NCBI GenBank assembly: GCA_964547735.1
Contig: CAZJOV010000001.1
Location: 5,789-69,788, forward strand
Reading direction: 5' to 3'
Length of the DNA: 64,000 nt
Source: an uncultured Planctomycetia bacterium
Lineage (GTDB): Bacteria; Omnitrophota; Gorgyraeia; Duberdicusellales; 4484-171
A program made the position numbers and the translations under genes. Shown piece after piece: positions 30,154 to 39,158 of the stretch (position 1 is its first letter; every line of letters starts with the position of its first letter). The notes under the pieces were generated by a model. That model saw only the letters and a program-made list of their open reading frames with translations, was not told where the DNA came from and searched no databases.

Positions 30154-31965
30154 ATACTTTCTGGTTTTCAAATAATTATAGATATTGACTATTGCTGCGG
30201 GAGTAATTCCGCTAATTCTTAATGCATCCCCTAAAGTTTTAGGTTTAAGCTTGCTTAATTTTTCTCTTATTTCTTTAGAAAGGGAAGGAATGGAAAAGTA
30301 ATCAAGAAAGGGAGGAATTTTTACCTTATCCATTTCCTTTAACTGCCGAGCATAGCTGGCTTCTCTTTTAATGAATCCTTCGTACTTAACATTAATCTCT
30401 ACCTCTCTTTTGACCAAAGAATTAGCTATATCCTTTTTAAGGTAAGAAAGAATGTCTTCAAAGTTAATTTGTGGTCTTTTTAACACCTTAAAAAGAGATT
30501 CTTTCTTCCCATCAAATACTATTTTAGTTTTTTTTAAATTCTCTATCTCTTTCTTGATTTTTCTCTGTTTTTCTCTAATTCTTTCATATTCTTTTTCTCC
30601 TATCAGCCCCAAACTATATGCTTTATTAGAAAGACGAATATCAGCATTACTCTCTCTTAAAGAAAGACGAAACTCAGCACGTGAAGTAAACATTCTATAA
30701 GGCTCATCTACCCCTTTAGCTGTCAAATCATCAATCAGAACCCCGATAAATGCCTCTTCTCTTCTTAGGATGAAAGGATCTTTTCTTTTGACTTTTAAGG
30801 CAGCGTTTATTCCTGCAATCAGCCCCTGTGCTGCTGCCTCTTCATACCCAGTAGTACCATTAACCTGTCCGGCAAAAAATAATCCTGAGATTAACTTTGT
30901 TTCCAAAGTAGGATAGAGCTGAGTAGGCATAATTAAACCATGTTCAATTCCATAACCAGGACGCAAAACTTTCGCATTTTCTAATCCCTCAATAGTGTGA
31001 ATAAAATCCAACTGTACATCAAAAGGTAAGGAGGTAGAAATGCCATTAGGATAGACCTCAACAGAATCCCACCCTTCCGGTTCAATGAATATTTGATGTT
31101 TTTCTTTTTCGGGAAACTTTACTATCTTATCTTCTAAAGAAGGGCAATACCTTACTCCTTTTGACTTTATCTTTCCGGTATAGAGAGGAGAACGATTCAA
31201 ATTTTTCAAGATTATCTTATGCGTCTTTTTATTTGTATAGGTAAGATAACAACTTAGCTGTGGAGAAGGAACAGCAGTATTAGAAAACGAAAAAGGTTCT
31301 ACATCATAATGAGGTTTTTGCTCAACCATCCTGGAAAAATCTATCGTTCTTTTATCCAATCGTGCACACGTTCCCGTCTTAAAGTGAAGAGTTTCAAACC
31401 CTAACCTTTTTATATCTTCAAACAACTCATCACAGGATAACTCATAAAGACGGCCTCCACAAAAACTATCCAGACCAATATGAATCTTACTTTTAAGAAA
31501 AGTTCCTGCACAGATTATTACTGTTGAAGAATAAAACTCTTCTCCAAAATTAGTCTTAACTCCTATTACTTTTTTATTCTTTACTAAAATTTTATCCACC
31601 TTAGCCTCAAGAAGTTTTATATTTTCGTTATTCTCTAAAAAGGAACGGGCTATCTTAGGGTATAAAAATCTATCCACTTGAGCCCTTGTGGACCAGACAG
31701 CTTTCCCTTTGCTTTTGTTAAGCCGACGAAAACTCACCGCACATTTATCTGCAATCTTCCCAATTACTCCCCCTAATACATCTATCTCCTTTACCAGTTG
31801 TCCTTTAGAAACTCCTCCTACAGCAGGGTTGCAAGAAAGTTTTCCAACGGTATCCAAGCTTAAAGTAAGAACTAATACTGAAACTCCCAACCTGGCAGAA
31901 ATATTGGCAGCCTCAACTCCGGCATGCCCTGCTCCCACAACAATCACATCCCACTTCTTACTCAT
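30148..31965 (-). CDS. mnmG: tRNA U34 modification enzyme MnmG
   Basis: VVGAGHAGVEAA, SCNPAVGG, RYCPSLEDK, AGQVNGTTGYEEAAAQG; start set at ATG 31965. Confidence 0.97.
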   Translation of the reverse strand: MSKKWDVIVVGAGHAGVEAANISARLGVSVLVLTLSLDTVGKLSCNPAVGGVSKGQLVKEIDVLGGVIGKIADKCAVSFRRLNKSKGKAVWSTRAQVDRFLYPKIARSFLENNENIKLLEAKVDKILVKNKKVIGVKTNFGEEFYSSTVIICAGTFLKSKIHIGLDSFCGGRLYELSCDELFEDIKRLGFETLHFKTGTCARLDKRTIDFSRMVEQKPHYDVEPFSFSNTAVPSPQLSCYLTYTNKKTHKIILKNLNRSPLYTGKIKSKGVRYCPSLEDKIVKFPEKEKHQIFIEPEGWDSVEVYPNGISTSLPFDVQLDFIHTIEGLENAKVLRPGYGIEHGLIMPTQLYPTLETKLISGLFFAGQVNGTTGYEEAAAQGLIAGINAALKVKRKDPFILRREEAFIGVLIDDLTAKGVDEPYRMFTSRAEFRLSLRESNADIRLSNKAYSLGLIGEKEYERIREKQRKIKKEIENLKKTKIVFDGKKESLFKVLKRPQINFEDILSYLKKDIANSLVKREVEINVKYEGFIKREASYARQLKEMDKVKIPPFLDYFSIPSLSKEIREKLSKLKPKTLGDALRISGITPAAIVNIYNYLKTRKYL

Positions 31966-32971
31966 AGACACCAGCCAATTTTTCTCCGCAGAATTTACAC
32001 CTTCCCTGAATAAGATTGTTTTCTTCAACAGAAAACCCCATTCTTTTTATAACCATCTTTCCGCAGTGAGGACAATAAGTATTTTCTCCATAATCGGTAA
32101 AAATATTACCAATATAGATGTATCTTAAACCTTTTCTCTTCCCAATTTTGTAAGCTTTCTCTAATACGGACAAAGGAGTAGTTTTGCTTTCATAAAACCG
32201 GTAATCAGGATGAAAACGATTAACATGCCAAGGGATATCATGAGAAAGAGAAGCAATAAAAGAAGCTATTTCTTCCAACTCTTCATCAGAATCGTTTAAT
32301 CCGGGAATAAGCAAAGTGGTTATCTCAACCCAGATTCCCAACTTTTTCATCAATTCTATATTCTTCAAAACCGGACTTAGAGAGGCTCCACAATATTTTT
32401 TATAGAAATCCTCAGAGAAAGCTTTCAAATCAATATTTGCCGCATCCAGATAAGGAGAAATCAACCTTATTGCCTCCTCACTCATAAATCCATTAGTGAC
32501 AAAATTGTTATAAAGCCCTCTTTTTTTAGCTAATTTTGCACACTCATAAGCTAACTCAAAAAATACTGTGGGCTCAGTATAAGTATAAGAGATACTTTTA
32601 CACCTATGATAGAAAGCCTCCTCTATAATCCCCTGAGGAGAAAAAAATCTACCTCTAATCCCTAACCTGTCTGCTTCTTTTTTCTGAGAGATTTCCCAAT
32701 TCTGACAAAACAGACACCTAAAATTACATCCTATACAAGCAATAGAATAAGCTAATGAGCCAGGAAGAAAATGAAAAAAAGGTTTTTTTTCGATAGGGTC
32801 AATATTTTTAGCTACTACTTCTCCATAATTTAAAGTATAAAGAAAACCTCCCTGGTTTATTCTTACTCCACAACGTCCTTTACTTCCTTCTTTAATTATA
32901 CAAAAATGGCTACAAAGATTACATCTTACCTCTTTATTTCTCCCTTTAATATATAGTAATGCTTCTTTCAC
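31958..32971 (-). CDS. amrS: AmmeMemoRadiSam system radical SAM enzyme
   Basis: C..C...C N-terminal cluster, DPIEKKP.FHF.PG, GCNFRCLFCQNWEISQ, YTYTEP; start inferred at GTG 32971. Confidence 0.9.
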   Translation of the reverse strand: MKEALLYIKGRNKEVRCNLCSHFCIIKEGSKGRCGVRINQGGFLYTLNYGEVVAKNIDPIEKKPFFHFLPGSLAYSIACIGCNFRCLFCQNWEISQKKEADRLGIRGRFFSPQGIIEEAFYHRCKSISYTYTEPTVFFELAYECAKLAKKRGLYNNFVTNGFMSEEAIRLISPYLDAANIDLKAFSEDFYKKYCGASLSPVLKNIELMKKLGIWVEITTLLIPGLNDSDEELEEIASFIASLSHDIPWHVNRFHPDYRFYESKTTPLSVLEKAYKIGKRKGLRYIYIGNIFTDYGENTYCPHCGKMVIKRMGFSVEENNLIQGRCKFCGEKLAGVYE

Positions 32972-32978
32972 AGAATCA

Positions 32979-33016
32979 ATTATATAATTGATTTTCTCCC
33001 AATTCAATGTTAATAT
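32979..33016. promoter_or_regulatory. Overlapping divergent promoters (radical SAM gene and ParA module)
   Basis: - strand TTGAAT-17-TATAAT, 7 nt before GTG; + strand TTGATT-17-TAATAT, 8 nt before ATG 33025. Confidence 0.6.
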
Positions 33017-33024
33017 ATAGCAGA

Positions 33025-33675
33025 ATGAAAATAAAGGGAGAAAAAGCGATTGATCGGGATATAAAAAAAATTGAAGAGATTTTTTTTTCAAAACCTCCAA
33101 AAAAAAAGAAAAAACATATATTTTTTATCCTTACTGGTTGCTTAATACTCTTAGGCAGTGCATTCCTCTTTTTTCAACATTATAGAATACTTCTTCTTCC
33201 CTATCTTAAAAAACCTAAATTGAGCTTACTTACTAACAAATTTCTAAAATCAATAAAATTCTCTACCTCTCAAGAAAAAATAAGATTCTCCCAAGGAACA
33301 ATATACCTTCCTCTTTCTTATAACAGGCCGCAAGAATTAATCCTCAATACAAAGAAACCGATAGATTTAGAAAATAATTTTCTCTGTCTTCATCTTAAAT
33401 TTTTAACACATTCCTCACCTAAATTAGAACTAATATGTGTGGTAAGAGACGAAAAATATTATTCCAATGTCCTTACTCCTTATAAAAAAAAGATTGCCTA
33501 TCATTCTAAGGAAGCCCCAAACTCAGCAGTTGTTCTTGTTAACCTTGAAAGTCGTTCTTCCCTAACAAATTTTTCTAAGATAAAACAAATAAGATTAACT
33601 TTTTATAATCTGAGGAGAAACCCTGTCTCTTTACTGATTGAAGATATAAAACTTAAAGAAAAGGAGGTAGAATGA
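33025..33675 (+). CDS. Membrane-anchored hypothetical protein with a possible carbohydrate-binding-like beta-sandwich
   Basis: Basic N-terminus, one TM helix (IFFILTGCLILLGSAFLFF), beta-rich C-terminus ...NFSKIKQIRLTF...LLIEDIKL. Confidence 0.6.
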   Translation: MKIKGEKAIDRDIKKIEEIFFSKPPKKKKKHIFFILTGCLILLGSAFLFFQHYRILLLPYLKKPKLSLLTNKFLKSIKFSTSQEKIRFSQGTIYLPLSYNRPQELILNTKKPIDLENNFLCLHLKFLTHSSPKLELICVVRDEKYYSNVLTPYKKKIAYHSKEAPNSAVVLVNLESRSSLTNFSKIKQIRLTFYNLRRNPVSLLIEDIKLKEKEVE

Positions 33676-34694
33676 ATGTCATTACTGTAGTTAACCAGAA
33701 GGGAGGCTGCGGGAAAACTACCACCAGCGCGAACCTCTCCTTTGCTTTAAGTAAGAAATACAAAACTCTTTTAATTGATTTGGACCCTCAGGCTCATTCT
33801 ACTTTTTATCTGGGAATTAAGAATAATGATGATAAAGGTATCGTAAAGTTGTTTGAAGCCTCATTAGCGGGAAATTGCAGGATAGAAGAGTTTGCCCAAA
33901 GAAGAAACGATAATCTTTTTATTCTATCTTCCCGACTCAGCTTAAGTGTGTGGGAACACAAAATAAATCAATTTCCTGATCGTCTATTTTTCCTTTATAA
34001 GATTCTCTCCCAAAATTCCTTTTCTTACGATTATGTTATTATTGATTGTCCTCCCAACTTGGGCCTTCTCTCTCTTAATGCCATTGTGGCCAGTTCACAC
34101 CTTCTTATCCCCCTTTTGGTGTGTCCTTTTTCTCTGAAAGCACTAAAAAGCCTTCTGCAAGTGCTAAATTTAGTTGAAGAAAAGATGGGTAAAAAAATTA
34201 CTCCTTATTATCTTATAACTCAGCTTGATAAACGTGCTAAATTTTCTCTGTATTTCGTAGAAAAGATGAAAAAAGAACTAAAAGGGAACATTCTTAATAC
34301 AGTAATTAGAACGAATATAAGTTTAAGAGAAGCCTCCTTTAAAGGATTAAGCATTTTTGAATACAAGCCTTTATCTCGTGGGGCAAAAGATTATAAAACT
34401 CTTTCTGAAGAGATTATAAATCTTACTCAAGATAAAGGATGGGCTTATTTTTTCTTTAAAGGAAAGGATATTAATAATGTCTATATAGTAGGCGACTTTA
34501 ATCGTTGGCAGAAAGATGAAGAGTATAAAATGAAAAAAGCAGACGAGGAAAGTTGGTTCTTAAATTTTCCTCTTAAAAAGGGAAAGTATCACTATAAATT
34601 TCTGGCTGCTAACCGATGGATTGCTGATCCCCTCAATCCCTTTCAGGAAGATGACCCCTATGGAGGGAAAAACTCAGTATTAGTTATAAGTTAG
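33672..34694 (+). CDS. ParA/Soj-family ATPase fused to a CBM48/AMPK-beta-type glycogen-binding domain
   Basis: NQKGGCGKTT, DLDPQ, IIDCPP; C-terminal VYIVGDFNRW...L..GKYHYKF...W..DP.NP...GGKNSVL; SD AAGGAGG. Confidence 0.9.
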   Translation: MNVITVVNQKGGCGKTTTSANLSFALSKKYKTLLIDLDPQAHSTFYLGIKNNDDKGIVKLFEASLAGNCRIEEFAQRRNDNLFILSSRLSLSVWEHKINQFPDRLFFLYKILSQNSFSYDYVIIDCPPNLGLLSLNAIVASSHLLIPLLVCPFSLKALKSLLQVLNLVEEKMGKKITPYYLITQLDKRAKFSLYFVEKMKKELKGNILNTVIRTNISLREASFKGLSIFEYKPLSRGAKDYKTLSEEIINLTQDKGWAYFFFKGKDINNVYIVGDFNRWQKDEEYKMKKADEESWFLNFPLKKGKYHYKFLAANRWIADPLNPFQEDDPYGGKNSVLVIS

Positions 34695-35085
34695 ACAAGA
34701 TTTTAAGTGCTTTCTCATTATCATTAGAAGAAAAAATCAAAGTAGCTACCTGAGAAGAAGATGTTGTGCCGTAGATATATTCTAAATCAATACCTTCTTC
34801 TTTGAGTTTCCCTCCCAACTTATGAAGCTGACCTATCTCATCAGGAAGCTCAACTAAAACTACTTCTTTAAGCTCTACATTATGGTCTTGAGAGAGAACT
34901 TCTTTTGCTCTTAAATTATCTGAAGTAATTATCCTAAATATGGCTTGATTGTCTCTAACGTAAGCACAGATTGTGCGAATATTTATATTTTTTTGCGCAA
35001 TAACCCCTGTTATCTGAGCCAATTTCCCTACTTCATTTGAAGTAACCAAAAAAATTTCTTCTGTTTTTACCACCTTCATTTTCAC
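34684..35085 (-). CDS. Tandem ACT-domain protein
   Basis: NEVGKLAQI...INI and DEIGQLHKL...GIDLEYIY. Confidence 0.85.
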   Translation of the reverse strand: MKMKVVKTEEIFLVTSNEVGKLAQITGVIAQKNINIRTICAYVRDNQAIFRIITSDNLRAKEVLSQDHNVELKEVVLVELPDEIGQLHKLGGKLKEEGIDLEYIYGTTSSSQVATLIFSSNDNEKALKILSNL

Positions 35086-35089
35086 CTCC

Positions 35090-35671
35090 TTAATTTAGAG
35101 AATGGGAGAAGGAAAACAAATTTACTGAAGGTATACTAACTTCCGGATTCTTCGCAGAAACATCCTCATCAGGTAGATATCTTCCTTTTAAAGCTTCAAT
35201 TTTAAATACTCCTTGCGAGGTATCAAAAGAAAATTTACAATCCACAATTCGAGAAGATAGGTCAGTATAATGATTAAGGTTGGATGCATCCGGATAGAAC
35301 CTTACGGTATGCAGAGAATAATTATATGCATACCTTCTTATAGTATCATCACTATAATCTGAAGGAGTTTTACTTAAATCATTTCTTATATCCACATAAC
35401 AATTATTGAAGTTACAAGCTGATATATCTGCCTGCCAGTTTACACTTATTCCTACATTATCTGTATCTGCTACATCTCCTATCGCTTCCCTTAAACGCTT
35501 GTCAAGATGATGAATAATAGAAGAAATATCAGCTAAAACCTCACCACGATAATCCTGTCTTTTATACATCTTCAAAGCCGCCACCTCAAACGTTCCCACT
35601 GCCAGAACTACCAACCCCAACAAAGAAACGGCAATAATCAACTCCACCAAAGTCATTATCTTTCTCATCAC
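35090..35671 (-). CDS. Minor pilin/pseudopilin-like protein
   Basis: N-terminal MTLVELIIAVSLLGLVVLAV. Confidence 0.75.
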   Translation of the reverse strand: MMRKIMTLVELIIAVSLLGLVVLAVGTFEVAALKMYKRQDYRGEVLADISSIIHHLDKRLREAIGDVADTDNVGISVNWQADISACNFNNCYVDIRNDLSKTPSDYSDDTIRRYAYNYSLHTVRFYPDASNLNHYTDLSSRIVDCKFSFDTSQGVFKIEALKGRYLPDEDVSAKNPEVSIPSVNLFSFSHSLN

Positions 35672-35991
35672 CAGCTTATGTTAAAAGTCACTTTGCGACA
35701 CTCCTGACCGGTTACAGTTACAGGTTCTACGTTATAGCTTAAGCTATATTTTCCTAAGGAACCCAAATCATACGAACCTAAGGAGAGTGCTCCGCTATCC
35801 CAGGTATCTTCTCTTACCTCAGAAAAAAGAGCATTTAGATTACTCTCTGCTAAAAGAGCACCCTCAAAAACATCTTCTGCAAAACGGACTGTACCTCTTA
35901 TATTTGCAAATACTGCTATTATCGCGGCAAAAATAACCATCACAATAAAGGTAGCAACAAGTATCTCTAAGAGAGTGAAGAAGTTTCTCAT
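35668..35991 (-). CDS. Minor pilin/pseudopilin-like protein (PilV/GspI-like size)
   Basis: FTLLEILVATFIVMV; C-terminal RKVTFNISW. Confidence 0.75.
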   Translation of the reverse strand: MRNFFTLLEILVATFIVMVIFAAIIAVFANIRGTVRFAEDVFEGALLAESNLNALFSEVREDTWDSGALSLGSYDLGSLGKYSLSYNVEPVTVTGQECRKVTFNISW

Positions 35992-36291
35992 CTAAAAATT
36001 TAAAATCCTTTTTACTTCTTTTTTTGAAAACGCTTTCTTGAAATCTCCAAAATCAATAAACTCTGCCTCAGAATACAATTTTTTAAACTTTCTTACTAAA
36101 AAAGCATCCGCTTTTCGACGAAATCCTATATATTTAAACTCCTTCTTACACTGAGGACATTTTTTCTCTCCAATCTTTATCCCTACTTTATGACAGGAAA
36201 AACACTCTCCAGAAAGTTCTCCTACTACCAAAAGATGATTTTTTATCTCTTCCAAATCTAATTTCATCCATATCCTTAAAAAATCTTCCAT
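35992..36291 (-). CDS. Hypothetical zinc-ribbon protein
   Basis: CFSC...CPQC; start set at ATG 36291, just after the fabZ stop. Confidence 0.65.
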   Translation of the reverse strand: MEDFLRIWMKLDLEEIKNHLLVVGELSGECFSCHKVGIKIGEKKCPQCKKEFKYIGFRRKADAFLVRKFKKLYSEAEFIDFGDFKKAFSKKEVKRILNF

Positions 36292-36292
36292 C

Positions 36293-37606
36293 TCAAGAAT
36301 CAACAAGGGAAAAAATAAGCTCAGCTTCCGCAACTATTTTCCCTCTCACAAATGCTTTTGTATAAACCACACCTGTCCTCGTTTTTATTTTACCACAAAT
36401 CACCTCAATTACAAGTTGATCTCCTGGGATAACTGTCTTTCTAAATTTTACCTTATCAGCAGCCATAAAATAAGCAAGTTTTCCTCGGTTTTTCTGATCC
36501 GCAAGCATAAGAACTCCCCCTACCTGTGCCATCGCCTCAATAATTAACACCCCCGGCATAACGGGACGCGAGGGAAAATGCCCTTTAAAAAAATAATCAT
36601 TAATAGTCACATTCTTTACTCCCACCGCTTTTTTGCCCGGCTCTAAACAAAGAATCTTATCTACCAACAAGAAAGGATAACGATGAGGCAATATCTTCAT
36701 TATCTCTTCCACAGAAATCTCCTCTTTCTGGGGGAAAAAATCGCCAAAAGAACTAACTCCTCCTGAAGTGATATTTCTGTAATATTCTTTAATCCTTTTG
36801 ACTAATTTAATATTGAGATTATGGCCACTTCTTATCGCAATCACATATCCTTTAAGGGGACCAGCCAAATACAAATCTCCCAGAAGATCCAAAACTTTAT
36901 GTTTCACGAATTCATTGGGAACTCTTAACTGGTTATTAACTACCTTATCTGAGGAAACCACTAAAGTATTTTCATAGTTAGAACCCTTTCCCAAGCCCAT
37001 CTCCAAAAGAGATTTTACTTCCTCCTCAAGACAAAATGTTCGCGCTTGATGAATATCTGTTTCATACTTTCCATCTAAATTTATGTCTAAGTAATCCGTA
37101 TTAATTAAAGGATTATTATACTTTAAAGTATAAGCGATTCTTAAAGAGGGATAAGGCAATACACAAAGAGAAGCATCTTCCTCCTGAACCCACAAGGGTT
37201 CTTTTATAGATAGGTATCTACGAGACAAGGACTGCTCCACAATCCCTGCTTTTTTTAAACATTCAACAAAATCCTTAGCACTTCCATCCATTCCGGGAAT
37301 TTCCTCTCCCCAGATATCAATTCTTAAATTATCAATTCCCAAAATATGTAAAGCAGCCATAAGATGCTCAATTGTATGGATATAGACAGAATTCTCTCCG
37401 ACAGAAGTGCGTCGAGGAAATATTTCAGGGTCCACTACTGAATAATAATCTGCCTTGATTATAGGATGAGAACTTAAGTCTCGACGGACAAAAAAAATTC
37501 CACTGTTAACAGAAGCAGGTAAAAACTCTATCTTTACTTTTTTCCCTGTATGAAGCCCTACTCCCTCAAGAGTAATTTTATCCTGAATTGTCTTTTGCTT
37601 TTCCAT
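36293..37606 (-). CDS. lpxC/fabZ: Bifunctional LpxC-FabZ
   Basis: [26 protein letters not shown]; [29 protein letters not shown]. Confidence 0.97.
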   Translation of the reverse strand: MEKQKTIQDKITLEGVGLHTGKKVKIEFLPASVNSGIFFVRRDLSSHPIIKADYYSVVDPEIFPRRTSVGENSVYIHTIEHLMAALHILGIDNLRIDIWGEEIPGMDGSAKDFVECLKKAGIVEQSLSRRYLSIKEPLWVQEEDASLCVLPYPSLRIAYTLKYNNPLINTDYLDINLDGKYETDIHQARTFCLEEEVKSLLEMGLGKGSNYENTLVVSSDKVVNNQLRVPNEFVKHKVLDLLGDLYLAGPLKGYVIAIRSGHNLNIKLVKRIKEYYRNITSGGVSSFGDFFPQKEEISVEEIMKILPHRYPFLLVDKILCLEPGKKAVGVKNVTINDYFFKGHFPSRPVMPGVLIIEAMAQVGGVLMLADQKNRGKLAYFMAADKVKFRKTVIPGDQLVIEVICGKIKTRTGVVYTKAFVRGKIVAEAELIFSLVDS

Positions 37607-38636
37607 CTTTTACATATCTTTTTAATCTCTCTATTTCCTCTTCTAACTCTTTTATCTTTTTATAAAGCTGAGGCAACCTCTGAATACAAGCATTGACGCG
37701 TCGGGCTATATTATGAGGCTTTGCCGGATATCCAGAAACTTTCGTATGAGGAGGAACAGACTTTGTTACTCCTGCCTGAGCAGCAACCACTGCTCCCTCT
37801 CCTATATGAATATGCCCTACCACTCCTGCCTGACCAGCCAAAATTGTACCTTCTCCTATAGTCGTGCTTCCGGAAATACCTGCCTGAGCAACAATAATAC
37901 AGTTTTCTCCTATCACTACATTATGAGCAATCTGCACCAGATTATCTATCTTCGTCCCTTTCCCTATAACCGTTTTATCAAAACGAGCACGATCAATGGT
38001 TACATTTGCCCCAATTTCTACATCATCACCAATAACTACAATCCCAATCTGAGGTATCTTCTCTCTTACCCCTTTAACCGTAGCAAATCCAAAGCCGTCA
38101 CTGCCAATAACGGCTCCGGAATGGATAATTACACGATTGCCTATCTCGATTCTTTCTCTTATAGAAACACAAGGATAGATTAAACACTTCTTACCAATTT
38201 TAGTCTTATACCCAATGTAACAATTTCCATAAATTATAGAATCATCACCAATCTCTACATCTTCTTCAATAATCGTATAAGCTCCTACCGCTACATTTTC
38301 CCCTAACTTTGCACTTTGTGCAATTATTGCTGTAGGATGAATTCCTTTAGGATGATGAGTATCTGGAGGAGCAACTAAACTTACAACTTTAGTAAAAGCT
38401 AAAGAAGGGTTATCCGTACGAATAATCGGCTTGTTGGCATATTCAATCTCTTTTGAAGTTATAACTGCAGAAGCTTTTGTTGTCTTCATCAAAGAGAAAT
38501 ACTTAGGGTTAGCCAAAAATGTAATATCCCCCTCTTTTGCCTCTTTTATTCCCGAGATGCCGGTAATTACTATCTCTGGATTTCCGACCAATTCTCCATT
38601 AATTATTTCAGCTATCTTTTTTAAGGTAATTTTCAT
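37578..38636 (-). CDS. lpxD: UDP-3-O-acylglucosamine N-acyltransferase
   Basis: [28 protein letters not shown]. Confidence 0.97.
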   Translation of the reverse strand: MKITLKKIAEIINGELVGNPEIVITGISGIKEAKEGDITFLANPKYFSLMKTTKASAVITSKEIEYANKPIIRTDNPSLAFTKVVSLVAPPDTHHPKGIHPTAIIAQSAKLGENVAVGAYTIIEEDVEIGDDSIIYGNCYIGYKTKIGKKCLIYPCVSIRERIEIGNRVIIHSGAVIGSDGFGFATVKGVREKIPQIGIVVIGDDVEIGANVTIDRARFDKTVIGKGTKIDNLVQIAHNVVIGENCIIVAQAGISGSTTIGEGTILAGQAGVVGHIHIGEGAVVAAQAGVTKSVPPHTKVSGYPAKPHNIARRVNACIQRLPQLYKKIKELEEEIERLKRYVKDGKAKDNSG

Positions 38637-39139
38637 CTCTTATAATTTTGATTCACTATTTTTAAAATGGTCATTGTCAAATCCGCTCCCTCTTCTCCAT
38701 AAAGAATAGCCCCTTTATTAAAGATAAACTTATAACCATTCTTCTTTCCATATTCTTTAACCACACGATTTATATCCTCTACAATCTCTCTCATTTTCTC
38801 ATCTCTTTCCTTCTTTAAATCCAAGAAAAATTGTCTTTCCATCTTACGATATTCATCCGCTTTTTTAGTAATCTGGGTACGTTGTTTTTCTTGTTCTTTT
38901 TTACTTAAAAGGCTCAATTTTTCCTGCATTTTCTTTATTTCTTCTTTCTTTTCTTCCAGGAGTTTCTCTTTTTCATTTCTCTCATTCTCTAACATCCTGT
39001 CATAATCTTGAGTTTTTTTGTATTGATTGAAGATTTTAAAAATATCTACATATCCAATCTTCAAATTTTGGGAATAAACTACAGCTGAATTCGTAAATAG
39101 AAAAATCAATAACAAAATTCCCTTTTTTATTCTCTTCAT
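38633..39139 (-). CDS. skp: OmpH/Skp chaperone
   Basis: Signal peptide, KIGYVD, coiled coil, lies between bamA and lpxD. Confidence 0.88.
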   Translation of the reverse strand: MKRIKKGILLLIFLFTNSAVVYSQNLKIGYVDIFKIFNQYKKTQDYDRMLENERNEKEKLLEEKKEEIKKMQEKLSLLSKKEQEKQRTQITKKADEYRKMERQFFLDLKKERDEKMREIVEDINRVVKEYGKKNGYKFIFNKGAILYGEEGADLTMTILKIVNQNYKR

Positions 39140-39158
39140 CAGAGCTCCTTTCTTTAGA

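Noticed and set aside
28126-30160. Invertible (phase-variable) segment around oxidoreductase-lpxB
   Set aside because: No convincing terminal inverted repeats, no recombinase in the window, and the lpxB and mnmG stops overlap
32972-33100. 43-aa N-terminal extension of the radical SAM ORF
   Set aside because: Overlaps the divergent gene and promoters; family similarity begins at GTG 32971
33672-34694. Chromosome-partitioning Soj or a plasmid/prophage par locus
   Set aside because: No parB, no parS-like palindrome noticed, no mobile genes, and it carries a CBM48 fusion
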